In this document: in pieces, positions 36,240 to 44,851 of the stretch
Layout: every line of letters starts with the position of its first letter
How positions within the stretch are numbered: the first letter of the stretch is position 1
Assembly (NCBI GenBank): GCA_049965555.1
Contig: JBMFWF010000001.1
Coordinates: 8,895-72,894 of the forward strand
DNA: 64,000 nt
Reading direction: 5' to 3'
Origin: Candidatus Parvarchaeum sp.
GTDB taxonomy: Archaea > Nanobdellota > Nanobdellia > Parvarchaeales > Parvarchaeaceae
Translations under genes and position numbers: made by a program
Notes under the pieces: model-generated
Databases searched by the model: none
What the model was told of the DNA's origin: nothing
Seen by the model: the letters and a program-made list of their open reading frames with translations, nothing else

Positions 36240-37211
36240 AGCCCCTCTAAACATCTCGGCGTATTTCTCAGGGAACAATTGATTCGTATTAAAGCCTGCA
36301 AATTCTACTGCCGCAAATGTGATGACTCTTGGGTATATCTCAACATGAAAATGAAAGTTGCTGTCTGACTTTAGTTCATGGAACAACAAATTGTATGAAA
36401 GCTTGCCAAAAAGAACTTCGTTTGTCTTTACAACCTTTGAAATAAGGTCTACAAAATCAGATTTTTCCTGATCTGATAGAAGACCAACATAGTTTACGTG
36501 TCTTTTCGGCATTATGACTGATTCGGAGCTCATCTTTGATCCAAATGGGGCAAAAGCTATAAAACTTTCATTTTCGGCTAGCAGCCTTTCTTTTTCATAT
36601 TTAATAGCATGCTCATATAAGCACTCTTTATTTTTATCGTAAAATTCTCTTATCTTCTCTTGTTCTTCTTTAATTGTTTTTGGGATTTCCTCAAAGGCCA
36701 TTATCTGGCTGTGGGCATGGGACAGACTTGCGCCGCTTCTTGGGCCTTCATTTTTGAATGTATACACGTATTTTATCCTATCTCTGGAGTATAATGCCTT
36801 TTCCCTCTCTATTACCGCATCTATCCAACGCAGATAATCCTCTTTCTGTAATTGCGAAAACCTTACATTATGAGTAGGTGTTTCAAATATGACCTCACAG
36901 TAGCCAAAAGCAGGTTCCTCTCTAAGAAAGCCATCCTCTGGAGTAAAATCAAATTTCGGAGAAAGCATTGGAAATTTGTTCTCGATTATCTTCAATTTCC
37001 AGGAATGTTCATCTCCTCCTACAAGTTCTATCGTCTTGTTAAGACTTTCTTTTCCGTATTCAAAAGGACACCTGGAAACATCTGATTCCCACTTATCTTC
37101 CGAGAGATTATAAAAATCAGCAGGCTTGTTGTTTCTTACACTGGAGAAAAGGATTTTTGTTCCTGTCCTATAATCAACTCTTATTTCATCTTCTCTAACT
37201 GTATTTTGCAT
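36231..37211 (-). CDS. galT: Galactose-1-phosphate uridylyltransferase family protein (HIT superfamily)
   Basis: FKNEGPRSGASLSHAHSQIMAF carries the HxHxQ active-site motif. CPF near the N-terminus. 326 aa. Confidence 0.7.
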   Translation of the reverse strand: MQNTVREDEIRVDYRTGTKILFSSVRNNKPADFYNLSEDKWESDVSRCPFEYGKESLNKTIELVGGDEHSWKLKIIENKFPMLSPKFDFTPEDGFLREEPAFGYCEVIFETPTHNVRFSQLQKEDYLRWIDAVIEREKALYSRDRIKYVYTFKNEGPRSGASLSHAHSQIMAFEEIPKTIKEEQEKIREFYDKNKECLYEHAIKYEKERLLAENESFIAFAPFGSKMSSESVIMPKRHVNYVGLLSDQEKSDFVDLISKVVKTNEVLFGKLSYNLLFHELKSDSNFHFHVEIYPRVITFAAVEFAGFNTNQLFPEKYAEMFRGALK

Positions 37212-37242
37212 AAAATAAGTAGTTGCTAAGAGATTATAAAAT

Positions 37243-38271
37243 TTACATTACTTTAGTCTTACCAACAACCCTCAGAAATCTTATAGGAAGATCCTTGTTT
37301 ATAAGTATCATTTTGTCGTTTTCATCAAAGCAAAAATTCTTATCTGCAATGAAATGAGCATTTAACTTGTTGTTTTCGCGCTTCACGCTGCTTAAGGTCA
37401 CAACAATGTTCTGCCAGTTCAATATTAGATTAAGCTTTACATCGTCTTTTATTTCCTGCTTGTATAATGGGCTTACATCGACAGTTAGCTCCCCTTCCTT
37501 GATATCCTTAAAGCTACCTTTCTTTCTTATTTCAACTCCCCTTGGCAGGTCCCAGGGCCACACTCCTTTTATCGCAACCCCTACTCTATCACCTGCTTCT
37601 GCTGACTGCACATCTTCTTGGTTTATTTGAATGGAATTTATAGAGATCTCTTTTGTAAAAGGTGTTGGTGCAATAACTCCTTCTGAGTGTATGCCGATCT
37701 TTCCAGTTGGCATAGTCCCGACTGCAATCGACATGCCCTTTGACTCGAAGGCATGGTCTATCAATATTTTAAAAGGCTTCTGGATATTTTCTGGATCATA
37801 GGAAAAACTTGAGACCTTTGCCCGTATATCAGCCATGCTTTGATCATTATTTATGTCCACTACCATTATCTCAAAGTTTTCCATCGAAGTTCCTTTTATT
37901 ATGGCTGACAGCTGCTTCTCTAGCTTTTCTATGTCTGCGGCAGTAGAGATATCTGCCTTTGTTATGCATATTAAGCCTTGTTTTATGCCTATTGAACTTG
38001 CCATTATTATCTGTTCTCCGACTTGAAGATTCACTCCGTTTTCAGGAGAAACACAGAATATTATCGCATCCGAGAGAGTTAGAACTGAAGCTAATGTAGT
38101 AGGGTTGTCCATGTCTCCAGGGGTATCTATTAAAGTAACATTCTTTCCACCATATTTGAAGAAAAAGAAAGAAACATCTTCCTCTGCGCCTTTCCTTTGC
38201 TGCAGCTTGTTTACAAGAGTTGACTTTCCGGACCTGTACGGACCTATAACACTTACTGTTAACGAATTCAT
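37243..38271 (-). CDS. EF-Tu/SelB-like GTPase (G domain plus beta-barrel domain II)
   Basis: GPYRSGKST (G1), DTPGD (G3), TKAD (G4). Domain-II-like AEAGDRVGVAIKGV. Confidence 0.55.
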   Translation of the reverse strand: MNSLTVSVIGPYRSGKSTLVNKLQQRKGAEEDVSFFFFKYGGKNVTLIDTPGDMDNPTTLASVLTLSDAIIFCVSPENGVNLQVGEQIIMASSIGIKQGLICITKADISTAADIEKLEKQLSAIIKGTSMENFEIMVVDINNDQSMADIRAKVSSFSYDPENIQKPFKILIDHAFESKGMSIAVGTMPTGKIGIHSEGVIAPTPFTKEISINSIQINQEDVQSAEAGDRVGVAIKGVWPWDLPRGVEIRKKGSFKDIKEGELTVDVSPLYKQEIKDDVKLNLILNWQNIVVTLSSVKRENNKLNAHFIADKNFCFDENDKMILINKDLPIRFLRVVGKTKVM

Positions 38272-38500
38272 ATCTTTTGTATAAAGAATGGTAAATTTAA
38301 ATAAGTTTCTATTATTATTGGATTATGCGATACAAAGTAGGTTATAAATCTGTATTGAGATGAATTCTTATTTTTATAGACATAACTAATTGGAGAGATG
38401 TTCTTTCGCCTCTTTAGTAGAAACGAAGCCAAAATAATTGATATGTCTCAACTCGTACTTATATATAAATTTTTGAGGACCGATAATTAATTTAATTAAA

Positions 38501-40216
38501 TCAACAAGAGCTTCCTATTGGGCCGTAGCTTATACCACAAGGAGAAACGGGATTAGTGATTATATCTGAAACAACTTGGTTTGTAGCTGTAGATACAACT
38601 ATAACAGATCCAGAAGGCTGAGATGTAGAAAGATTATCAATGTAAGCATAATTACCATTTGGAGTTATAGCAATTCCTTCAGAAGTAACAACAGAACCAA
38701 GTTTTATATTTGCAACTACAGTGTTAGTTGCAGTCGAGATTACTGAAACGTTATAACCTTGACCTGTAACATAAACATATTTGCCATTAGGAGTAATTGC
38801 AAGATTTTTAGAGTTTCCTATTAAGGTAGGGATTCTTGCAACTACAGTGTTAGTTGCAGTCGAGATTACTGAAACATTGTCATTAAGGGATCCTCCTGCA
38901 TCTGCTGCATAAACAAACTGCCCATTAGGCGAAACCGCGACACCCCAAGGATCTGATTCAGAAGGAGGTATAATATCAATTACGCTGTTAGTAGCAGTTG
39001 AAATTACTATTAATCCTCCACCATTATCGCCAATGTAAACATATTTACCATTAGGAGTAATTGCAACTCCTGCCACATATCCATCAGTAGGAAGAGGTAT
39101 TGTTGCAACTACAGTGTTAGTTGCAGTCGAGATTACTGAAACATAAGGAGAGCCTGCATCGGCGATGTAAATAAATTTGCCATCGGGAGTAATTGCAAGT
39201 CCTAAAGAAGGGTTATTCAAGTCTATATTATTAAGAACATTATAATTTGAAACAGATACTTCGGTAACATTATTACTAAGCCAGTTAGTAAAATAAGTAT
39301 CCTGCCCATTTAAAGTTTCAATTATGCTTCTAGCATATGGGCCAGTATCTAAAAGAACTCCGCCTGTTGAATTTTTAGCAAGAGTATTATTATTGTAATA
39401 TATCATAGATATACCCTTATTAAAATCAGAAACCCAAAGATTCCTGAGAGGGATGAAATCTACTTCTAGATTGTATGATGTTGATATGTTTATTCCTCCT
39501 GCATATATTGGGTAATATGTCACTCCGTTGACTGTGACTGGGTAAATCTTCCAGGTGCTGTTGTACTTTGAATTTATGATCATAGAAGCAGAGGTAGATG
39601 TGTAGTTAACCCCACTGTATTGAACTGTCCATTGTGCATTTGCCGGAAGATTATACTCCGTAAAGCTGTTTACTGACGCAGAGGCTGTTCCCGCAACTGT
39701 ACCGCTAGTATTTATAACAACCTTGCCTGCTGTTGTTGAATAGCCATACTGGATATTGCCAGAAAAAGAGTACTTTACTCCGCCTGAATTACATGCTACA
39801 TTGGGTATGACTAAAACTGCTGTCTGCCCTGGTGTCAATGTTAATGGATTTGTTAACGTGTAACTTGCTGCTGTTGTGTTTGCCCCTGTCGCTGATGAAA
39901 GGAATACTTTGGTCAATGTTATCGAATTTGCACCCGAAGGCATCGGACCTGCTATTACTCCCAACTTAAGACCTATTGAATTGCATATCGTTGAAGATAT
40001 TGTAAATGGACTGAAACCGCTGCTTGTGAAAGTTACACTGGAACTTGGGTTGAAGATTCCCATGCTGTATAATATTACGGCTACAATGACTATTATCAGA
40101 ATTGCCCAGCCGTAGGTCATCATGTATTCTAGAGCTGACTGAGAACGCCTGCTTTTGCTTAAAAAAGATAATTTAGAGTTATACTCTGGAGATTTGAGAA
40201 ATATTTTATAAGACAT
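38501..40216 (-). CDS. Pilin-helix / YVTN beta-propeller fusion protein (putative filament-borne adhesin)
   Basis: Residues 26-57, QSALEYMMTYGWAILIIVIVAVILYSMGIFNP, are identical to the pilins at 6504 and 7034. The C-terminal half has repeated ..ITPNGKYVY...VSVISTATNTVVA.. units (40-residue YVTN repeat pattern). Confidence 0.7.
   Translation of the reverse strand: MSYKIFLKSPEYNSKLSFLSKSRRSQSALEYMMTYGWAILIIVIVAVILYSMGIFNPSSSVTFTSSGFSPFTISSTICNSIGLKLGVIAGPMPSGANSITLTKVFLSSATGANTTAASYTLTNPLTLTPGQTAVLVIPNVACNSGGVKYSFSGNIQYGYSTTAGKVVINTSGTVAGTASASVNSFTEYNLPANAQWTVQYSGVNYTSTSASMIINSKYNSTWKIYPVTVNGVTYYPIYAGGINISTSYNLEVDFIPLRNLWVSDFNKGISMIYYNNNTLAKNSTGGVLLDTGPYARSIIETLNGQDTYFTNWLSNNVTEVSVSNYNVLNNIDLNNPSLGLAITPDGKFIYIADAGSPYVSVISTATNTVVATIPLPTDGYVAGVAITPNGKYVYIGDNGGGLIVISTATNSVIDIIPPSESDPWGVAVSPNGQFVYAADAGGSLNDNVSVISTATNTVVARIPTLIGNSKNLAITPNGKYVYVTGQGYNVSVISTATNTVVANIKLGSVVTSEGIAITPNGNYAYIDNLSTSQPSGSVIVVSTATNQVVSDIITNPVSPCGISYGPIGSSC
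38712..39142. repeat. Three perfect 38-nt in-frame copies inside the beta-propeller gene
   Basis: GCAACTACAGTGTTAGTTGCAGTCGAGATTACTGAAAC occurs at 38712-38749, 38838-38875 and 39105-39142. Spacings are 126 and 267 nt, both multiples of 3. Confidence 0.85.
40046..40141. repeat. Third, nucleotide-diverged copy of the pilin helix-coding segment
   Basis: Encodes the same 32 aa as 6873-6968 and 7400-7495, with many synonymous differences. Confidence 0.8.
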
Positions 40217-40278
40217 ATAATTTATTAAAAGATAATGGCATATAAATATTTGTTAATTTTTAATTATTACCCAATTTT

Positions 40279-41193
40279 TCATAGTACGAACCTATCAAAA
40301 TCATCTGGAAAAGAATATTTAAAACTGCATTTCATTTTTGAGTAGAGGGATGCGGCGCTTTTAGCCATTGAATCATCGTTTTCGTATCGTTGACTCGTAT
40401 GCACAAAATAGACTTCCTTGGCGCCAGAACTCTTCGCAAGAAACATTGCCTCTTTTATGTTTAAGTGGAAGAAATCGTATGATTTCTGGAATTCTTCTCC
40501 AAAAGTGCTTTCTATTATCAACGTATCAACTCCTTTTATAAAGGGGATTACTCTGCGGTTATATCTTAAATCAGTAACATATGCTAAGGATTTTCCTTTC
40601 TTTAGGTAAGTAAGCTCCTTGTATTTTAGTTTAATTCCGTTATAAACAATATCCTTTCCTTCCTTAAGCTTGCTTAAAAATTTGCCTGGTTTTATCCCCT
40701 TCTCAGCAAGTTTTTCAACTGAGATATTGCGCACATCCTTTTCCTTTATCTTATAGGCAAGGCATTTAACGGAATGCTCTACATTTATAGCCGAAATAAT
40801 GTAATTATCTCTTTCAATTATTGTCTTTTCATTCGGTGCATTCACTGACTTTGCTTTTATGTCTAACTGATTATAGAATTTATATGTCATTAATATGTTT
40901 TTTATGCCCTTCTCAGTACCACTAGGACCGAATATTTGCAGCTTCTTATCGCTTTTCATCATGTTAAGGCTTTGTATTATGCCGCCTAATCCGAGAGAAT
41001 GATCTCCATGCCAATGTGTTATAAAAATATAATCTATAGAGGGGCTTAAACCGGCTTTTCGAATCTGTCTTTGGGTTCCTTCCCCGCAGTCAAATAGCAT
41101 TCTTTCTCCGTTAATCATAAGATAAACTGATGGATGGTTTCTCTTTGCTGTAGGGAATGCCGAACTTGTTCCGAGAAATGCGCCTTCAATCAT
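40279..41193 (-). CDS. rnz: Ribonuclease Z (tRNA 3' endonuclease, metallo-beta-lactamase fold)
   Basis: FITHWHGDHSLGLGG (HxHxDH). About 300 aa. Start taken at the internal ATG 41193 (MIEGAFLGT). Confidence 0.75.
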   Translation of the reverse strand: MIEGAFLGTSSAFPTAKRNHPSVYLMINGERMLFDCGEGTQRQIRKAGLSPSIDYIFITHWHGDHSLGLGGIIQSLNMMKSDKKLQIFGPSGTEKGIKNILMTYKFYNQLDIKAKSVNAPNEKTIIERDNYIISAINVEHSVKCLAYKIKEKDVRNISVEKLAEKGIKPGKFLSKLKEGKDIVYNGIKLKYKELTYLKKGKSLAYVTDLRYNRRVIPFIKGVDTLIIESTFGEEFQKSYDFFHLNIKEAMFLAKSSGAKEVYFVHTSQRYENDDSMAKSAASLYSKMKCSFKYSFPDDFDRFVL

Positions 41194-41995
41194 AAAACAC
41201 CCTGACAAAATTTTTATAAACAATTTCCTTTATGTTATCTGCTTCCATCTTTTTTATACTAGATATGTAATTTAATAGTTTAGGTATATTCAAAGGAGTA
41301 TTTATTTTCTCATCTGGGCTTAATGCTGGGGAATCAGTCTCTGTAAACATCTTATTGATATCCACATTCTTTATTATATTTTCCTTTTTGAATTTCATAA
41401 ACCCAGTTGAGATGCTTATGTTGATTCCCAGATCCTGTGCTCTATCAAGGTTCCTTAGGTTGCCTTCAAAATTATGTATTACTGCCTTTACATTGAAACT
41501 TGAAACTGCATCAAAAATATCTTCTATCGCTTTTCTACTGTGGATTATGCAGACTTTTTTGTTTTTTTCTGCCAGTTCCAATATCCTGTAAAAGAATTCT
41601 TTCTCCTGCTCCATCTGATAAATATCCTTGCTTTTATAATCTAATCCAACTTCTGAAACGGCGAAAAAACTGCTTATATTGCTTGAAAAAAATTCGAACT
41701 CAGTTTCTGCATTTTGATATGAATTGCGAGCTATTTCATTGGGATGCAGGCCTATACAAGGAAGCAGAAACGAGTATTTCTTGCTGTCCTTAAGTATTCT
41801 TTCGCTGTCGTCTTTGTTCTCTCCCGCATTTAATATTAAATAAGAATCAGAGATTTCTCCAAGAAAATTATCTCTCACTTTCTCCAACGACTTGTCAGAT
41901 ATATGTGCGTGAACATCTATGAATTTAGCTTCCATATAAAGATTACAAGGCAGCAGGATTAATTCTTTAGCAAGCTGCGATAAAATGACATTCAC
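41186..41995 (-). CDS. TatD-family metal-dependent hydrolase
   Basis: FIDVHAHI near the N-terminus, later GLHP, IIHSR and TETDSP are characteristic TatD motifs. Confidence 0.7.
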   Translation of the reverse strand: MNVILSQLAKELILLPCNLYMEAKFIDVHAHISDKSLEKVRDNFLGEISDSYLILNAGENKDDSERILKDSKKYSFLLPCIGLHPNEIARNSYQNAETEFEFFSSNISSFFAVSEVGLDYKSKDIYQMEQEKEFFYRILELAEKNKKVCIIHSRKAIEDIFDAVSSFNVKAVIHNFEGNLRNLDRAQDLGINISISTGFMKFKKENIIKNVDINKMFTETDSPALSPDEKINTPLNIPKLLNYISSIKKMEADNIKEIVYKNFVRVFYD

Positions 41996-42612
41996 TGCTT
42001 AGTTTCCCTTATCTCCTTCAGTGCTTTCTCGTCCTTTGAATAAAAATAAGGAGCGAGGTCCAAATCTGAGGGTGTCTTCTCGGCTTTGGACATGTAAACC
42101 TCATGTAAATTCTTATTGACTTCTTTACAGTAATCATCCCAATTTATGCCTAAAGATTCGACATACTCTCTCTCGATTTTAGTTGCGATCTCATGTGCAT
42201 ACGCATATTCATATGCATCATCTATTAGCCATTTCTCCGTAACTTCATGATGCCTGTCAATGCTTTCAACAGTATCAACTGTCTTCCCATCAACAACAAT
42301 ATTCTTTGGAAAATGCTCATCCAAGTATACCTTTTTTCCGTCGACAGAATATCCGCCAGTGTACTTTATGTCATACCTTGTGTCTATCTTTATATCGCTT
42401 GCCTTCTTTATTTCCTTTATCTGACCTATCTTTTTTTGGCTAAAAAAGACATCATTATTTTCTACTTCGATCTTATCTCCAACTTTAAAATCCATGGCGC
42501 TTTCAAACTTTATATAAGTAGGCTCTTTGTAATTTATTGCGACTATGATAAAATTGTTGTCTGCAGCCTTTGGCCCAGACTTAAGATGCTCTATTACCTC
42601 ATATTCTTCCAT
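41992..42612 (-). CDS. Hypothetical protein
   Basis: Start taken at MEEYEVIEH (42612). The longer ORF from 42681 would begin 10 nt from the divergent tRNA. No recognised motif. Confidence 0.4.
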   Translation of the reverse strand: MEEYEVIEHLKSGPKAADNNFIIVAINYKEPTYIKFESAMDFKVGDKIEVENNDVFFSQKKIGQIKEIKKASDIKIDTRYDIKYTGGYSVDGKKVYLDEHFPKNIVVDGKTVDTVESIDRHHEVTEKWLIDDAYEYAYAHEIATKIEREYVESLGINWDDYCKEVNKNLHEVYMSKAEKTPSDLDLAPYFYSKDEKALKEIRETKQ

Positions 42613-42690
42613 ACTCAACAATAGATTAAACGCTAAACATAAAATATATAAGTTTACTTTAATGTAATAGACTATCGGCACCTACATTGA

Positions 42691-42762
42691 GCCTCCGTAG
42701 CTCAGCGGTAGAGCGTCTGCCTTGTAAGCAGAAGGTCGCGGGGCCAGCACCCGTCGGAGGCT
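42691..42762 (+). tRNA. tRNA-Thr (anticodon UGU) with a non-canonical T-loop
   Basis: GCCTCCG/CGGAGGC acceptor, GCTC-AGCGGTA-GAGC D-arm, TCTGC-CTTGTAA-GCAGA anticodon arm, T-arm GCGGG-GCCAGCA-CCCGT. 72 nt. Confidence 0.75.
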
Positions 42763-42864
42763 TATCCTATAATATGAAAATAAAGGGAATAATATTCGAT
42801 TGATAATACTTTAATAAACTCTTCAAAAACAATAGGCGATGCTAATAAATCGGTTTTAAGAAAG

Positions 42865-43050
42865 ATGCAAGAAGACTTTGAAGCAATGGATTTGAAAACA
42901 TTTGAAACTATAATTAAAAAAGTGCAAAAAAAGTTTGATAGCTTGGATTATACGAAAAGATACAAAAGGCTTTTCTATGAACTTTTCGCTGAAGAAAGCG
43001 GCCTAAACATTGACTCTGAAAAAATAGATGTTTACTCGGAGATAATTTGA
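42865..43050 (+). CDS. Small hypothetical protein (61 aa)
   Basis: ORF only. Acidic/basic helical composition. Confidence 0.3.
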   Translation: MQEDFEAMDLKTFETIIKKVQKKFDSLDYTKRYKRLFYELFAEESGLNIDSEKIDVYSEII

Positions 43051-43062
43051 GAGCCATCTAGA

Positions 43063-43995
43063 TCAAGAATTAGCCTGAGATATCTTCTCCTTTATCTTGT
43101 CTATAACATTCTGCACGTTTTCCTGGCCCCCGAGAGAAGCAAGTGCAGTCGTTGAAAGGCCAGCCATGCCCCCAAGCATGCTTCCTGCGTTTTGCATGAA
43201 CTGCATAGGAAGAACTATCTTGGAAGAGCTTGATTCCCCTATCTGTTTAAGTGCCTGAAGATAAAGATACATAATTGAGCGGTCATCAAGAGATTTGCTG
43301 CCTTCCCCTATTGCTTCCATGACTATTTTCTGTGCCTCTGCTTTAAACCTCTGTGCCTGCAACAAATTGGCAGCAATCTCTGGCTGCTGCATAGCCTGTA
43401 TAACTTCATTGGACGGCGAAACAGACCTTAATTGCACAGAGGGGACGTCTATCCCCCATTTCCAAGTCATGTGCCTTATTGCGTCTGCAAGTATATCATT
43501 TAATCTGTCAAGGCTTCCAAAAACCTGCCTCATTGTTAATGACGCTATTGCATTCCTAACCGCGGACTGAACTAAATTGGATAGTCCTTGCCCGTAATTA
43601 TCTATCTGCAAAGTTGCTTTCTCGGGATCTACAATCTGATAATATATTGTACCATCAAGCGAGATCTTTAGGTCATCGGCTGTAAATATGTCAGAAGAAG
43701 TTATATCCATCATTTTTACCCTTACATCTACCTTCTTGTATTCCTCTTCAAAAAATGGCACAACAATAGCCCACCCGGGACCCGCTATGCGATTAAACTT
43801 GCCAAGTCTGAATATTATCCCTCTTTCAAACTGGCTGTATTTCTTTACAAAAGTTATAAAGAAGATAACAATAAGCAATGCAATGAAGATTATTAGGAAT
43901 GCATAAAACAAACTGGGCACAAAGATACTTAAGAGAAAAAGAGCAACCAAAGCTATTATCCCTATAACGAAAACCCAAAATTCCCCTGGACTCAT
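43063..43995 (-). CDS. SPFH/band-7 (stomatin/prohibitin-like) membrane protein
   Basis: N-terminal TM region, then YSQFERGIIFRLGKFNRIAGPGWAIVVPFFE and a downstream SPFH core. Confidence 0.8.
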   Translation of the reverse strand: MSPGEFWVFVIGIIALVALFLLSIFVPSLFYAFLIIFIALLIVIFFITFVKKYSQFERGIIFRLGKFNRIAGPGWAIVVPFFEEEYKKVDVRVKMMDITSSDIFTADDLKISLDGTIYYQIVDPEKATLQIDNYGQGLSNLVQSAVRNAIASLTMRQVFGSLDRLNDILADAIRHMTWKWGIDVPSVQLRSVSPSNEVIQAMQQPEIAANLLQAQRFKAEAQKIVMEAIGEGSKSLDDRSIMYLYLQALKQIGESSSSKIVLPMQFMQNAGSMLGGMAGLSTTALASLGGQENVQNVIDKIKEKISQANS

Positions 43996-44035
43996 ATTAT
44001 TTATAAGAAGATTTTTAATTTATAACCATTCCTTT

Positions 44036-44731
44036 TCAGAATACTACGAGATCTAAGGTCATCCTGCTGTCTATTTCAGCGTATCTCATTATCCCTTTAT
44101 TACTTATTTCAGTAGAACTTCCTATGTAGGGATTGAATTTTGGCACGATTATTCCCTTCTTCAATTTAGAATCCGGATACCTGTCCTTTGGAAGTTTTAT
44201 CTTAAGCATGAAAAAACAGTCCTCTTTATATGAAACGCCGTTCGAATCCTTGAAGTTAAAGGAAGGATGAACATGACTAATGCACAATGTTTCCGCTTCT
44301 CTTGACATCTGAACAGAGGGAAGAGAATGCCCGTGCATAAATCCTATTTTATCGTATACAAATTCATTTTTAACAGATACATTGCTGAATCTGCCTGTTA
44401 TCTTCTCTATACCTCCATCATGATTTCCCTTCGTCAGTATTATTTCATCAAAATTATCAGACAGCCTTGAAAAAAACTTTACCAGCACGCCGCCTTCCTT
44501 TGGCTTTATCTCCGTGTATTCCTTCCTTATGTCACCAAGCAAAATAAGCTTTCTAGAACCCAAGTTGATTATCTTTTCTGTTAATTCATCGGTTTTTTCC
44601 CAGATATTGTATCCATTGCTGTTTATGTCCTCTTCAAAGCCAAGATGAACATCGCCAACAACAGCGTACTCACCTACAAAAATCGCCCTTGAGCCCTTTT
44701 TAAACCTTATATTAAAGTCTTCTATACCCAT
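44036..44731 (-). CDS. Calcineurin-like metallophosphoesterase
   Basis: GDVHLG, LLGDI, KGNHD, MHGH and SHVHP are metallophosphoesterase motifs I-V. Confidence 0.7.
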   Translation of the reverse strand: MGIEDFNIRFKKGSRAIFVGEYAVVGDVHLGFEEDINSNGYNIWEKTDELTEKIINLGSRKLILLGDIRKEYTEIKPKEGGVLVKFFSRLSDNFDEIILTKGNHDGGIEKITGRFSNVSVKNEFVYDKIGFMHGHSLPSVQMSREAETLCISHVHPSFNFKDSNGVSYKEDCFFMLKIKLPKDRYPDSKLKKGIIVPKFNPYIGSSTEISNKGIMRYAEIDSRMTLDLVVF

Positions 44732-44851
44732 TGCAACCTTAAAAACTACTAATCAATTTTTACCCCGACATTTTAATTATGTAAAAACAAGCTTTTAAGC
44801 ATATTCAATCTAACCTGCAGCCACATGTAATTTTAGGTGTAAATAAGAAAA

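Noticed and set aside
38272-38500. 230-nt intergenic region as a possible ncRNA, or the 30-aa ORF (MFFRLFSRNEAK...)
   Set aside because: It is AT-rich with no obvious stable helices or GC-rich stems. The ORF is short and featureless. It is probably just the promoter-less 3' region between two minus-strand genes.
38712-39142. Possible CRISPR-like array suggested by identical 38-nt repeats
   Set aside because: The repeats are in frame within a long ORF and irregularly spaced (126 and 267 nt). They encode a conserved beta-propeller blade motif.
42613-42681. Upstream GTG-initiated extension of the 229-aa ORF
   Set aside because: It would start 10 nt from the divergent tRNA and occupy its promoter. 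The extension is a hydrophobic, non-signal-like peptide.
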